26,900 nt of DNA, taken from positions 1 to 26,900 of the forward strand of contig DASTYR010000240.1 in assembly GCA_035764795.1 (NCBI GenBank), read 5' to 3'. Positions 7,994 to 15,379 of this stretch are shown one piece after another. Below the pieces are notes generated by a model. It searched no databases and was not told the origin of the DNA. It saw nothing but the letters and a program-made list of their open reading frames with translations. The stretch is from Solirubrobacterales bacterium (GTDB lineage Bacteria > Actinomycetota > Thermoleophilia > Solirubrobacterales > 70-9). Within the stretch, counting starts at the first letter, position 1. Every line of letters starts with the position of its first letter. A program made the translations under genes and the position numbers.

Positions 7994-8003
7994 AGGTAAA
8001 GAA
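7974..8003. promoter_or_regulatory. Probable VapBC autoregulatory operator
   Basis: Perfect 10-bp inverted repeat TTCTTTACCT-N10-AGGTAAAGAA straddling the vapB start codon. Confidence 0.65.
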
Positions 8004-8067
8004 TAGGGAAGGCGAAGGACAAGATCAGTCATGACCCTTAAAGGCACTGCCGACCGAAATTCGCCCC

Positions 8068-8415
8068 CTACCGTGCCAACTGCGGGATGTGGCGCTCGAC
8101 GTGAGCGGCGATCGTCTCGCGGACCCATTGCTGGGTTCCCGGGTCCGCCATGCGGTAGCGGCCAAGCAGCATCTTCTGGTCGCTCAGCGGCAGGCCGGCA
8201 ATCTCCCAGCTGACCGCGAGGCGCTCGAACAGCAACTCGTAGCGGCGGCGCCAGGCGTCGTCCATCGAGGTCGCCGCGCCAGCCGGCGGCTCGCCGATCT
8301 TGGCGATCGTCTTGGCGCTGAGGGACTCGCGCAGGACGAGCACGTTGCCCTCCGCGTCGACGTACTCGACCGTCGCGACCTTCTCGCGCGGATGTCGCTT
8401 CCTGCGCTTTGCCAT
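8068..8415 (-). CDS. Hypothetical protein (115 aa)
   Basis: High-GC codon pattern, fills the gap downstream of arfB, family not recognised. Confidence 0.75.
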   Translation of the reverse strand: MAKRRKRHPREKVATVEYVDAEGNVLVLRESLSAKTIAKIGEPPAGAATSMDDAWRRRYELLFERLAVSWEIAGLPLSDQKMLLGRYRMADPGTQQWVRETIAAHVERHIPQLAR

Positions 8416-8432
8416 GGCGCCGAGTCTGCCAG

Positions 8433-8846
8433 TCAGTCTTCGAACGGCGGCTTACGCCGCTCCCGCTTGCGCTCGCTCGTCCGGCGCTTCCGGTCGAGTC
8501 GCCGCTGCCGCGAGGCGCGGCTGGGCTTGGTCGCGCGGCGCGGGCGGCTGGTGCGCAGGCCGGCGGCGATCTTCTCGGTGAGGCGGCGCAGCGCCAGCTC
8601 GCGGTTGCGGGCCTGACCGCGAGCGTCCTGGGCGACGGCGACGATCGTCGCCCCCGCCCGCCGCGCCAGCCGCGCTCGCTGGTCCCCGTCGAGCGCCTGC
8701 GACGCCTCGACGTCGAAGACCGCTTCGATCCGCGAGGCCGTCACGTTGGCGTGTTGGCCACCGGGGCCAGACGAACGGCTCGCCCGCAGCTCGATCTCGC
8801 TCAGCGGGATCGCGAGCCGCTCGTCGATCCTCAGCTCATCGCTCAC
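8433..8846 (-). CDS. arfB: Alternative ribosome rescue aminoacyl-tRNA hydrolase ArfB
   Basis: RSSGPGGQHAN (GGQ), Q..NRELAL and a basic C-terminal tail. Start taken as GTG 8846. Confidence 0.94.
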   Translation of the reverse strand: MSDELRIDERLAIPLSEIELRASRSSGPGGQHANVTASRIEAVFDVEASQALDGDQRARLARRAGATIVAVAQDARGQARNRELALRRLTEKIAAGLRTSRPRRATKPSRASRQRRLDRKRRTSERKRERRKPPFED

Positions 8847-8862
8847 GCGGGAAGGGGCCAGC

Positions 8863-9141
8863 TCAGGGAAGGGAGTCGATCTTTGCCGCCAACTCGAAGT
8901 CGGCGGCGGTGACCCCACCCTCCGAATGGGTGGAGATCGAGACCGTCACCTTGTCCCAGGAGATCTCGAGGTCGGGGTGATGGCCCATCGTCTCGGCCGG
9001 CTCGACGAGGCTCTCGACGAAGCGCACCGAGCCGACGAAGTCGCCCCGTTCGAAAGTCTTGGCGATCGCATCGCCGCGCCGCTCCCAGCCCGGGTGCTCG
9101 GAGAGCCGCGCCTCGATCTCGGAATCGGTCAGGAGGGCCAT
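8863..9141 (-). CDS. phhB: Pterin-4-alpha-carbinolamine dehydratase
   Basis: HHPDLEISWDKVTVSISTHSEGGVT..D..LA signature. Start ATG 9141. Confidence 0.95.
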   Translation of the reverse strand: MALLTDSEIEARLSEHPGWERRGDAIAKTFERGDFVGSVRFVESLVEPAETMGHHPDLEISWDKVTVSISTHSEGGVTAADFELAAKIDSLP

Positions 9142-9179
9142 AGCGCGACTATGCTGCCATGGATGGCGGGCTTCGCGCA

Positions 9180-9968
9180 ATGAGCGGCGACATGCTGCCG
9201 ACCCTGTGGCAGATCGACGTCTCGCACTTCAGCGAGAAGGCACGCTGGGCGCTCGCCTGGAAGGGCGTCGAGCACAAGCGCCACTCGCCGGTGCCGGGGG
9301 CCCACATGGTCGTTGCGGCATGGCTCACGCGCGGCCGCCAGGTCACCCTCCCGGTGCTCGAGATCGACGGCCGGCGGATCGGCGACTCGACGGCGATCGT
9401 CGCCGCGCTCGAGCAGCTCTACCCCGAGCCGCCCCTCTACCCGGACGACCCTGCCGAGCGGCGTCGCGCACTCGAGCTCGAGGACTTCTTCGACGAACAG
9501 CTCGGCCCCTACGTGCGCCAGCTCGCCTGGCACGAGTTCGGCAACGACCGCGAGCGCTTCCACGAACTGATGAAGCACGCCGCCCCACCCCCGCTCTCCC
9601 GCATGCCGGGCGCCGCCGCGGCTTACGCGCGCCTCTACACCACGCTGCGCTTCCGTGCCGGCGACAAGGGCAGGGCCGAGCAGAGCCGGATCAAGGTGCT
9701 CGCGGCGCTCGACCGCCTCGAGGCGGAGCTCGGCGACCGTGAGTACCTGGTGGGCGAGCGCTTCAGCATCGCCGACCTGACCGCGGCCTCGCTCTTCTAC
9801 CCGCTGGTGCAGCCGCCGGAGGGTCCGATGCCCCCCGACCAGCCCGCCGCGGAGGGATTCGAGCGCTTCCGAGAGCCACTGCGACCGCGACGCGGTTTCC
9901 AGTGGGTAGCCGAGATGTTCCACCGCCACCGCAAGCCGGCCCGCCCAGTCGTGCCGGTGACGGCGTAG
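9180..9968 (+). CDS. Glutathione S-transferase family protein
   Basis: SHFSEKARWAL, LPVL, IGDSTAI and YLVGERFSIADLTAA motifs. Confidence 0.88.
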   Translation: MSGDMLPTLWQIDVSHFSEKARWALAWKGVEHKRHSPVPGAHMVVAAWLTRGRQVTLPVLEIDGRRIGDSTAIVAALEQLYPEPPLYPDDPAERRRALELEDFFDEQLGPYVRQLAWHEFGNDRERFHELMKHAAPPPLSRMPGAAAAYARLYTTLRFRAGDKGRAEQSRIKVLAALDRLEAELGDREYLVGERFSIADLTAASLFYPLVQPPEGPMPPDQPAAEGFERFREPLRPRRGFQWVAEMFHRHRKPARPVVPVTA

Positions 9969-9989
9969 GACGGCCTAGCCGCCCAGGGG

Positions 9990-10787
9990 TCAACCGCCTA
10001 TCGGCGCCCGTGGGTTGGCGCCGTAGAAGATCAGCGTGCCGAGCATGCCGACGATGTTGACCAAGACGATGTTCACCGCCATCGATTTCGCCGGCGCGGC
10101 GCCCACCCCGACCGGCCCACCCGACGCGGTGTAGCCGTAGTAGCAGCCGACGACCACGATGATCGTCGCCATCACCATCGCCTTGGTGAGGCTGAATAAG
10201 ACGTCGACGGAGTCCTGGAAGGTCCAGAAGATCAGCAGGTAGCCGCCGGATGAGACGTCGCCGACCTGCTCGACCACCGCCACCCAGCTGGCGAAGTAGC
10301 CGATGCCGATGCCCACCAGGTAGAGGAAGGGGATCGCGATCCAGGCACCGAGCAGGCGCGTTGCAGCGAGGAAGGTGACCGGCGGAATGCCCATCACCTC
10401 GAGCGCGTCGATCTCGTCGGAGATCCGCATCGCCCCCAGCTCGGCGACGATCCCCGTCCCGACCTTGGCCGAGAAGATGTAGCCGAAGGCGTAGGGCAGG
10501 CCCTCGCGCAGGTCGCAGTAGGCGGAAAAGAGGCCGGCGTTGCCCGGCGCCCCGATCGAGCGGCTGAAGTAGGCACCGATCAGCCCGCACTGCAACCCGA
10601 GGATGAAGACGAAGGCCCAGACGATCAGGGCCGAGCCGAGGATCAGGATCCCGGCCTGGCGCAGGCTCTCGCCGAAGAACTGGAAGCTGCGGCCGGAAAG
10701 CACGAGGCCGGCGGTGCGCGAGCCGAAGCGCGCCATCTCCCCGACCGCCTCGATCCAACCGCGCGGAACGTCGAGCCAGCCGCTCAT
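9990..10787 (-). CDS. MlaE/YrbE-family ABC permease (second of the pair)
   Basis: AKVGTGIVAELGAMRISDEIDALEVMG and GGPVGVG motifs. Confidence 0.92.
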   Translation of the reverse strand: MSGWLDVPRGWIEAVGEMARFGSRTAGLVLSGRSFQFFGESLRQAGILILGSALIVWAFVFILGLQCGLIGAYFSRSIGAPGNAGLFSAYCDLREGLPYAFGYIFSAKVGTGIVAELGAMRISDEIDALEVMGIPPVTFLAATRLLGAWIAIPFLYLVGIGIGYFASWVAVVEQVGDVSSGGYLLIFWTFQDSVDVLFSLTKAMVMATIIVVVGCYYGYTASGGPVGVGAAPAKSMAVNIVLVNIVGMLGTLIFYGANPRAPIGG

Positions 10788-10800
10788 CGTCGTCTCTCCC

Positions 10801-11607
10801 TCATCGGATCGTCTGCAGTTCGGGGTTGAAGGCGAGCAGCAGCGCCGAGAAGACGTAGAGGAAGGCGAAGGAGGCCATGAAGGCGATCACGACGGCCTGG
10901 TTGACCGCGCGGCCGACGCCGGCGGGACCGCCGGACGCCGTCATGCCCTTGTAACAGCAGACGATCGCGATAATCGCGCCGAACAGCGTGCACATCAGCA
11001 CCGAGCCCCAGAGGTCTGCGATCAGGGCGTTGGTGAAGAGCGTCGCGAAGAAGCCGCCGAGCGGTTCGCCATAGAGCAGCGAGGCGGCCATGCCGGCGGT
11101 GAGGCCGAAGACGATCGCGTAGATGTCGAGCAGACCGGTGATGACGATCAGGGCGATGAAGCGCGGCACGACCAGGTTCTTGATCGGGTCGACGCCGAGA
11201 ACCTGCAGGGCGTCGAGCTCCTCGCGGATCTTGCGGGCGCCGAGGTCCGCCGTGATCGCCGTGCCGGCAACGCCGGCGACCACTGCGGCGGTGACGATCG
11301 GGCCGATGAAGCGAACGGCGGTGACGACGAAGAAGCCGCCGAGCCGGTCAAGCGCGCCGAAGAGGTCGAGAACCCCCGCCGCCTGCAGCCCCGGCGCACC
11401 GAAGCAGAGGGCGAAGGTCGAAACCGTCATCGGGAACCAGGAGAGCTTCAGCACGAAGAGGAACTGGCCGACCAGCTCCTCGCCATAGGGATAGGGAGGG
11501 CGCGCCGCCGAGAGCAGCGTCTTCGCGGTGAGGATCATCATCTCCCCCACCTGCTCGAAGGCGGACTTGGCGGGCAGCAGCGCCCGGCTCAGGACTTGCG
11601 TCGCCAC
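10801..11607 (-). CDS. MlaE/YrbE-family ABC permease (first of the pair)
   Basis: TAITADLGARKIREELDALQVLG and GGPAGVGRAVNQAVV motifs. Start taken as GTG 11607; the ORF-track extension upstream overlaps the GntR gene. Confidence 0.9.
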   Translation of the reverse strand: MATQVLSRALLPAKSAFEQVGEMMILTAKTLLSAARPPYPYGEELVGQFLFVLKLSWFPMTVSTFALCFGAPGLQAAGVLDLFGALDRLGGFFVVTAVRFIGPIVTAAVVAGVAGTAITADLGARKIREELDALQVLGVDPIKNLVVPRFIALIVITGLLDIYAIVFGLTAGMAASLLYGEPLGGFFATLFTNALIADLWGSVLMCTLFGAIIAIVCCYKGMTASGGPAGVGRAVNQAVVIAFMASFAFLYVFSALLLAFNPELQTIR

Positions 11608-12368
11608 CAGCTCATCGCCCGCTCGAGGGGACTCGGCCCCGACGAAAGCCCGACTTCCTCGCCGTGCTCGATCTCGCCGCGGCGGCGCAGCCGGGCCCGC
11701 GCTTCGTCGCGGGCTCGCTGCTCGGCCGCCTTCTGCGCCTGCGAGAGCTGCGCGATCAGGGTGTCGCGGGTGCGCTCCAGCTCCTCGACCCCGGCGACGT
11801 GGGCGGCGGCGCGTCGCGGTGCGGTCGGCAGGTCGCCGGGCAGGTCGCGGGTATAGGCCGCCAGCTCGGCCTCGAGTCGGGCTATCTGGCGACGCAGCTC
11901 TTGGCGCACCTCGAGCGCCTCGCTCTCCTCGGCAAGGTCGGGTAGCGGTGGGGCCTCGGGCGGCGCCGGCTCCTCCAGCGCGCCGGGCATGCTGGCGCAG
12001 GCGGAGGCGACCATCGCCAGCTGGCGCGGTCCGAGGCCTGCGGCTCGCGCCCGGCGCAGCGCGTCGAGCGCGATCTCCTCCAGCTGCGGCGCCGTCTCGA
12101 CGTTCGTGGCGACGAAGGTGCCCTGGCCCTGCCGGCTCACGACCAGGCCCTCCTCCTCCAGCCCCGCATAGACGGCTCGGACGGTGTTGACGTTGACGCC
12201 TGCCCACTCGGCGAGGCGGCGGAAGCTCGGCAACCGCTCGCCCGAGCGGAGGCGACCCGTGGCAATCAGCGCCCGCAGGCGCCAGGTGAGCTGGAGGCCG
12301 ACCGGGACCTCATCGTCGGGGTCGAGCGAGAAGGGGTTGGAGAAGTCGGCGTGGACCTTCTGTGCCAT
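11589..12368 (-). CDS. GntR-family regulator with coiled-coil-like C-terminus
   Basis: GERLPSFRRLAEWAGVNVNTVRAVYAGLEEEGLV...QGQGTFV winged HTH. Confidence 0.9.
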   Translation of the reverse strand: MAQKVHADFSNPFSLDPDDEVPVGLQLTWRLRALIATGRLRSGERLPSFRRLAEWAGVNVNTVRAVYAGLEEEGLVVSRQGQGTFVATNVETAPQLEEIALDALRRARAAGLGPRQLAMVASACASMPGALEEPAPPEAPPLPDLAEESEALEVRQELRRQIARLEAELAAYTRDLPGDLPTAPRRAAAHVAGVEELERTRDTLIAQLSQAQKAAEQRARDEARARLRRRGEIEHGEEVGLSSGPSPLERAMSWWRRKS

Positions 12369-12374
12369 CAGAAG

Positions 12375-12416
12375 GCACAGTAAACGCGTCTGCTGATCTA
12401 GTCAACTAGCACAGTA
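12375..12416 (-). promoter_or_regulatory. Tandem TACTGT -10-like hexamers flanking a CTAG-N4-CTAG dyad (possible GntR operator)
   Basis: GCACAGTA direct repeat at 12375-12382 and 12409-12416; CTAGTCAACTAG at 12398-12409. Confidence 0.45.
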
Positions 12417-12428
12417 CTTGCCGCGCTT

Positions 12429-12465
12429 CCGACATTCACCCCCCTCAGGGGTGGTCAAAGTCGGC
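12429..12465 (-). repeat. Hairpin after the dehydrogenase stop codon, sharing a core with 22238-22261
   Basis: CCGAC...GTCGG outer stem with core TTGACCACCC-loop-GGGGGGTGAA. Confidence 0.5.
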
Positions 12466-13499
12466 TACGGCGTAAGGACCACCTTCAGCGCTTCGCGGTT
12501 GTCGTAGATCCGGTAGGCCTCGGCGGCCTCGTCGAGCTTCATGTGGTGGCTGACGAGCGGGGCCGGGTCGAGCTTGCCGGCCTCCATCAGCGCCAGGACC
12601 CGGTCGACATGGGCGATCACGTTGGCCAGCCCCAGCCGCAGCGTCAGCCCCTTGAGCCAGGCGAGGCCGATCGGGACCTCGCCCTTGCCGGCGTAGGCGC
12701 CGATGCCGGAGACCGTACCGGCATCGCGGGCAAGGCTTATCGCCATCGCCAGCGGCCCGGGATCGCCGACGGCGTCGACCACTACGTCGACGCCGCGGCC
12801 CTCGGTGGCGGCGCGGACCTCGCGCTTCGGGTCCGCCTGCTCGAGGTGCAGCGGCGTCGCCCCGAAGCGCGCCGCCATCTCAAGCCGCGCCTCGACCGAG
12901 TCGACCGCGAAAACCTGGGTAGCACCCGCCGCCAGCGCCGCCTGCACCGCGCAGAGGCCGACCGGCCCCAGGCCCAAGACGGCGGCGCAGTCGCCGGCGC
13001 GAAGGCCGGCGTGGGCTACGGCGTGGTAGCCAGTCCCCATCACGTCACCGGCGAAGAGCGCCACCTCGTCGCTCATGCCCTCCGGCACTCGCCGCAGCGT
13101 GAGGTTGGCTCGCGGCACCAGCAGCCGCTCGGCCTGCGCACCCTGCAGATCGCCTAGGTGCGAGCCGTGGCCGAAGGTGCGACCGCGCTGGCAGCGGTGG
13201 TAGTCGCCGCGCAGGCAACTGCCGCAGGTCGCGCAGGCCGTGTGGAAGCAGCCGAGGACGCGGTCGCCGACGGCGACGCGCTCGACATCCGTGCCGACCT
13301 CGAGCACCGTCCCGACGAACTCGTGGCCGATCGTGAAACCGGGCTCGACCGGGACCCGCCCGTGGAGGATGTGGAGATCGGAGCCGCAGATGCCGCTGGC
13401 CTCGACGCGGACGACCGCGTCGTCGGCGGCGCCGAGCTCGGGCTCCGGCTTCTCGTCGATCCGGACCTCGCCCGGTGCCTGGAAGGTGACGGCGCGCAT
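12465..13499 (-). CDS. Zn-dependent alcohol dehydrogenase (MDR family)
   Basis: GICGSDLH, GHEFVG, C-x2-C-x2-C-x7-C zinc site and GLGPVG. Confidence 0.94.
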   Translation of the reverse strand: MRAVTFQAPGEVRIDEKPEPELGAADDAVVRVEASGICGSDLHILHGRVPVEPGFTIGHEFVGTVLEVGTDVERVAVGDRVLGCFHTACATCGSCLRGDYHRCQRGRTFGHGSHLGDLQGAQAERLLVPRANLTLRRVPEGMSDEVALFAGDVMGTGYHAVAHAGLRAGDCAAVLGLGPVGLCAVQAALAAGATQVFAVDSVEARLEMAARFGATPLHLEQADPKREVRAATEGRGVDVVVDAVGDPGPLAMAISLARDAGTVSGIGAYAGKGEVPIGLAWLKGLTLRLGLANVIAHVDRVLALMEAGKLDPAPLVSHHMKLDEAAEAYRIYDNREALKVVLTP

Positions 13500-13536
13500 C
13501 GCGCGCAACGGTACCGCCCTGAGAGTCGTCGGCGCG

Positions 13537-14943
13537 CTAGCCGACGCTGACGCCGGGAACCTGGAAGCGGCCGGCTTCCACCCCGGGGCTTGCCGTCTCG
13601 GCGATCCGGGCTTCGAGCGCCAGCTCGCGCTCGAAGTCGGCCTCCTCGCCGTGGCGGAAGGAGACGTCCTCGCCCTCGAGCAGCTCGATGAAGATCTCGA
13701 CGAAGCGCGCGTCGAGCTGCTTGCCGGCCACGCGGCGCAGCTCCTGGATCGCCTCGTAGCTCGAGGTCGGCGTGCGGTAGGAGTCGCGCGCCGTCATCAC
13801 GTCGTAGGTGTCGGCGATCGAGATGATCCGGGCCAGCTCGGGAATGTCGTCACCTTCGAGGCCGCGCGGGTAGCCCTTGCCGTCGATCCGCTCGTGGTGG
13901 GCGAGGATGATGTCCGCGACCGGACCGTAACCGTCGAGGGAGGAGACGACGCGAGCGCCCTGCTGGGGGTGGCGGCGGATCAGCATCCAGTCTTCGTCGG
14001 TCAAGGGCACGTTAGCCTTCAGGATCCGGTCGGGGAGGATGAACTTGCCGATGTCGTGCAGCAGCGCGGCGATGTGCACGAGCTCCTCCTCCTGGCGCGA
14101 GAAGCCGGCGCGCTGGGCGATCGCCCGCGAGTACCGCGCCACGGCGGCGCTGTGGCGAGCCGTCATCTGGTCCCGCAGGTCGAGGGTGCGCAGCAGCGCG
14201 CTCAACATGCCGACCTGGAAGCTGGCGAGCTGCTTGCTGCGCCGCTCCAGCTCCTCGGCTCGCTGCTGAGAGACGATCAGGGCGCCAAGCAGGTACTGGA
14301 AGGTGACGAGGACGATGCCGAAAAGCGCGACCCCGGCCAGGCCGATCTCGTTGTAGATGAAGGCGACCCCAACCGCCATCAGCGCGGCGGCCATCTCGGA
14401 GGGGAGCAGCGGGAGCAGCGCGGTTCGCGCCTTCGCGACGAACGAGCTCCGCTCCAGATAGCAGGTATAGGCCGCCACCATCGTGAAGTTGATCGCCAGC
14501 GCGCCCAGGAAGACACCGAAGACCAACGGGTAGAAGGAGGGATCGGCGGCGGTTATGCCGAGGCCTTCGATCGTCTCGCGAAAAGCCCAACCGCCGACCA
14601 GGGGGAAGGTCGCGTAGGTGACGAGGTTGTTAAGCAGGTCGTGTGGCTCGTCGCGCCAGCGCACCCAGCCGACCAGGATCGAGGCGACGCCGATGATCGC
14701 CGCCGGCGTGCCGCCAAGGAAGACCATCGCCAGGACCAACGCCAGGAAGCTGCCGGAGATCTTGAGGCGCGATTCGGTTTCGATCGCCGTCAGGTCGCTG
14801 AAGATCGAGAAGCCGAGCAGGATGCCGAACAGGGCGGGATCCCAGTCGGCGGCTGGGGCACGAACCACCGCGCCCACAGCGATGACGGCCAGGAAGGCAA
14901 TCTCCAGGCCGATGATCAGCGGTGTCGGACGCTTGCCTTGCAT
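13537..14943 (-). CDS. Membrane-anchored HD-GYP phosphodiesterase
   Basis: About 7 N-terminal TM segments, LLHDIGK, HHERIDGKGYP and ADTYDVMT. Start taken as ATG 14943. Confidence 0.93.
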   Translation of the reverse strand: MQGKRPTPLIIGLEIAFLAVIAVGAVVRAPAADWDPALFGILLGFSIFSDLTAIETESRLKISGSFLALVLAMVFLGGTPAAIIGVASILVGWVRWRDEPHDLLNNLVTYATFPLVGGWAFRETIEGLGITAADPSFYPLVFGVFLGALAINFTMVAAYTCYLERSSFVAKARTALLPLLPSEMAAALMAVGVAFIYNEIGLAGVALFGIVLVTFQYLLGALIVSQQRAEELERRSKQLASFQVGMLSALLRTLDLRDQMTARHSAAVARYSRAIAQRAGFSRQEEELVHIAALLHDIGKFILPDRILKANVPLTDEDWMLIRRHPQQGARVVSSLDGYGPVADIILAHHERIDGKGYPRGLEGDDIPELARIISIADTYDVMTARDSYRTPTSSYEAIQELRRVAGKQLDARFVEIFIELLEGEDVSFRHGEEADFERELALEARIAETASPGVEAGRFQVPGVSVG

Positions 14944-15036
14944 TTTTCGTCGCCGGTCGATGACGATCGGCGTACGCAACAAGATTCATGCGAACTGCAT
15001 GGATCCCTGCGCTTGGGCAGCCACCTGCGCGCATGC

Positions 15037-15065
15037 AAAGTAATGGCTCGCTGGTGGGCGAGCAA
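15037..15065 (-). promoter_or_regulatory. Putative sigma70 promoter of the HD-GYP gene with an overlapping dyad
   Basis: TTGCTC-N17-TACTTT on the minus strand; GCTCGC-N6-GCGAGC at 15046-15063. Confidence 0.45.
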
Positions 15066-15207
15066 CAAATCCTGGTCGCCCGGCCAAAAGTGCAAAAGCC
15101 CGTGCAAGCGGCGATTTCAGGCCCAGAACGCGAAAAGACGCCCCCAGGGGACGCCCTCGCGAACAAAACGAAAGCTATAAGTAGCGCTTCGTTTTACCTT
15201 CTAAGTC

Positions 15208-15225
15208 TTAGCGACGGTAGCCCAT
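15208..15225 (-). CDS. Candidate micro-ORF MGYRR
   Basis: SD GAAGGGA (15234-15240), 8-nt spacer, then ATG GGC TAC CGT CGC TAA. Followed by hairpins. Translation is unproven. Confidence 0.45.
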   Translation of the reverse strand: MGYRR

Positions 15226-15379
15226 GCCTAAATTCCCTTCTTGTTGACTGAAGCCCTTCAGATCGCGGTGACGACCTGAAACTCGTGCGTTGCGTGAACA
15301 ACTTGTAGCACAACTTCGCGGAAACTTGTGCATCTGCAGCAAAAGTTGTGCAGAAATGAGGTAGGACGGAACGCGACTC

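Noticed and set aside
8000-8025. PafBC/RecA-NDp-like promoter for vapB (TGTCCT-N10-TATTCT)
   Set aside because: The spacing fits, but two of the six upstream bases deviate from TGTCGG. Too weak to call.
7272-8430. Integrative element or prophage at tRNA-Val
   Set aside because: No integrase, and no duplicate of the tRNA 3' end found in the window.
14990-15260. c-di-GMP riboswitch upstream of the HD-GYP gene
   Set aside because: I could not match the class I (GCAAA...GGGACGCAAAGCC) or class II consensus on the coding strand. An Rfam scan would settle it.
15208-15333. 41-aa extension of MGYRR from an upstream in-frame ATG (MHKFPRSC...)
   Set aside because: It runs through the AT-rich repeat/promoter region and has no SD or coding-like bias. 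The downstream ATG has the SD.
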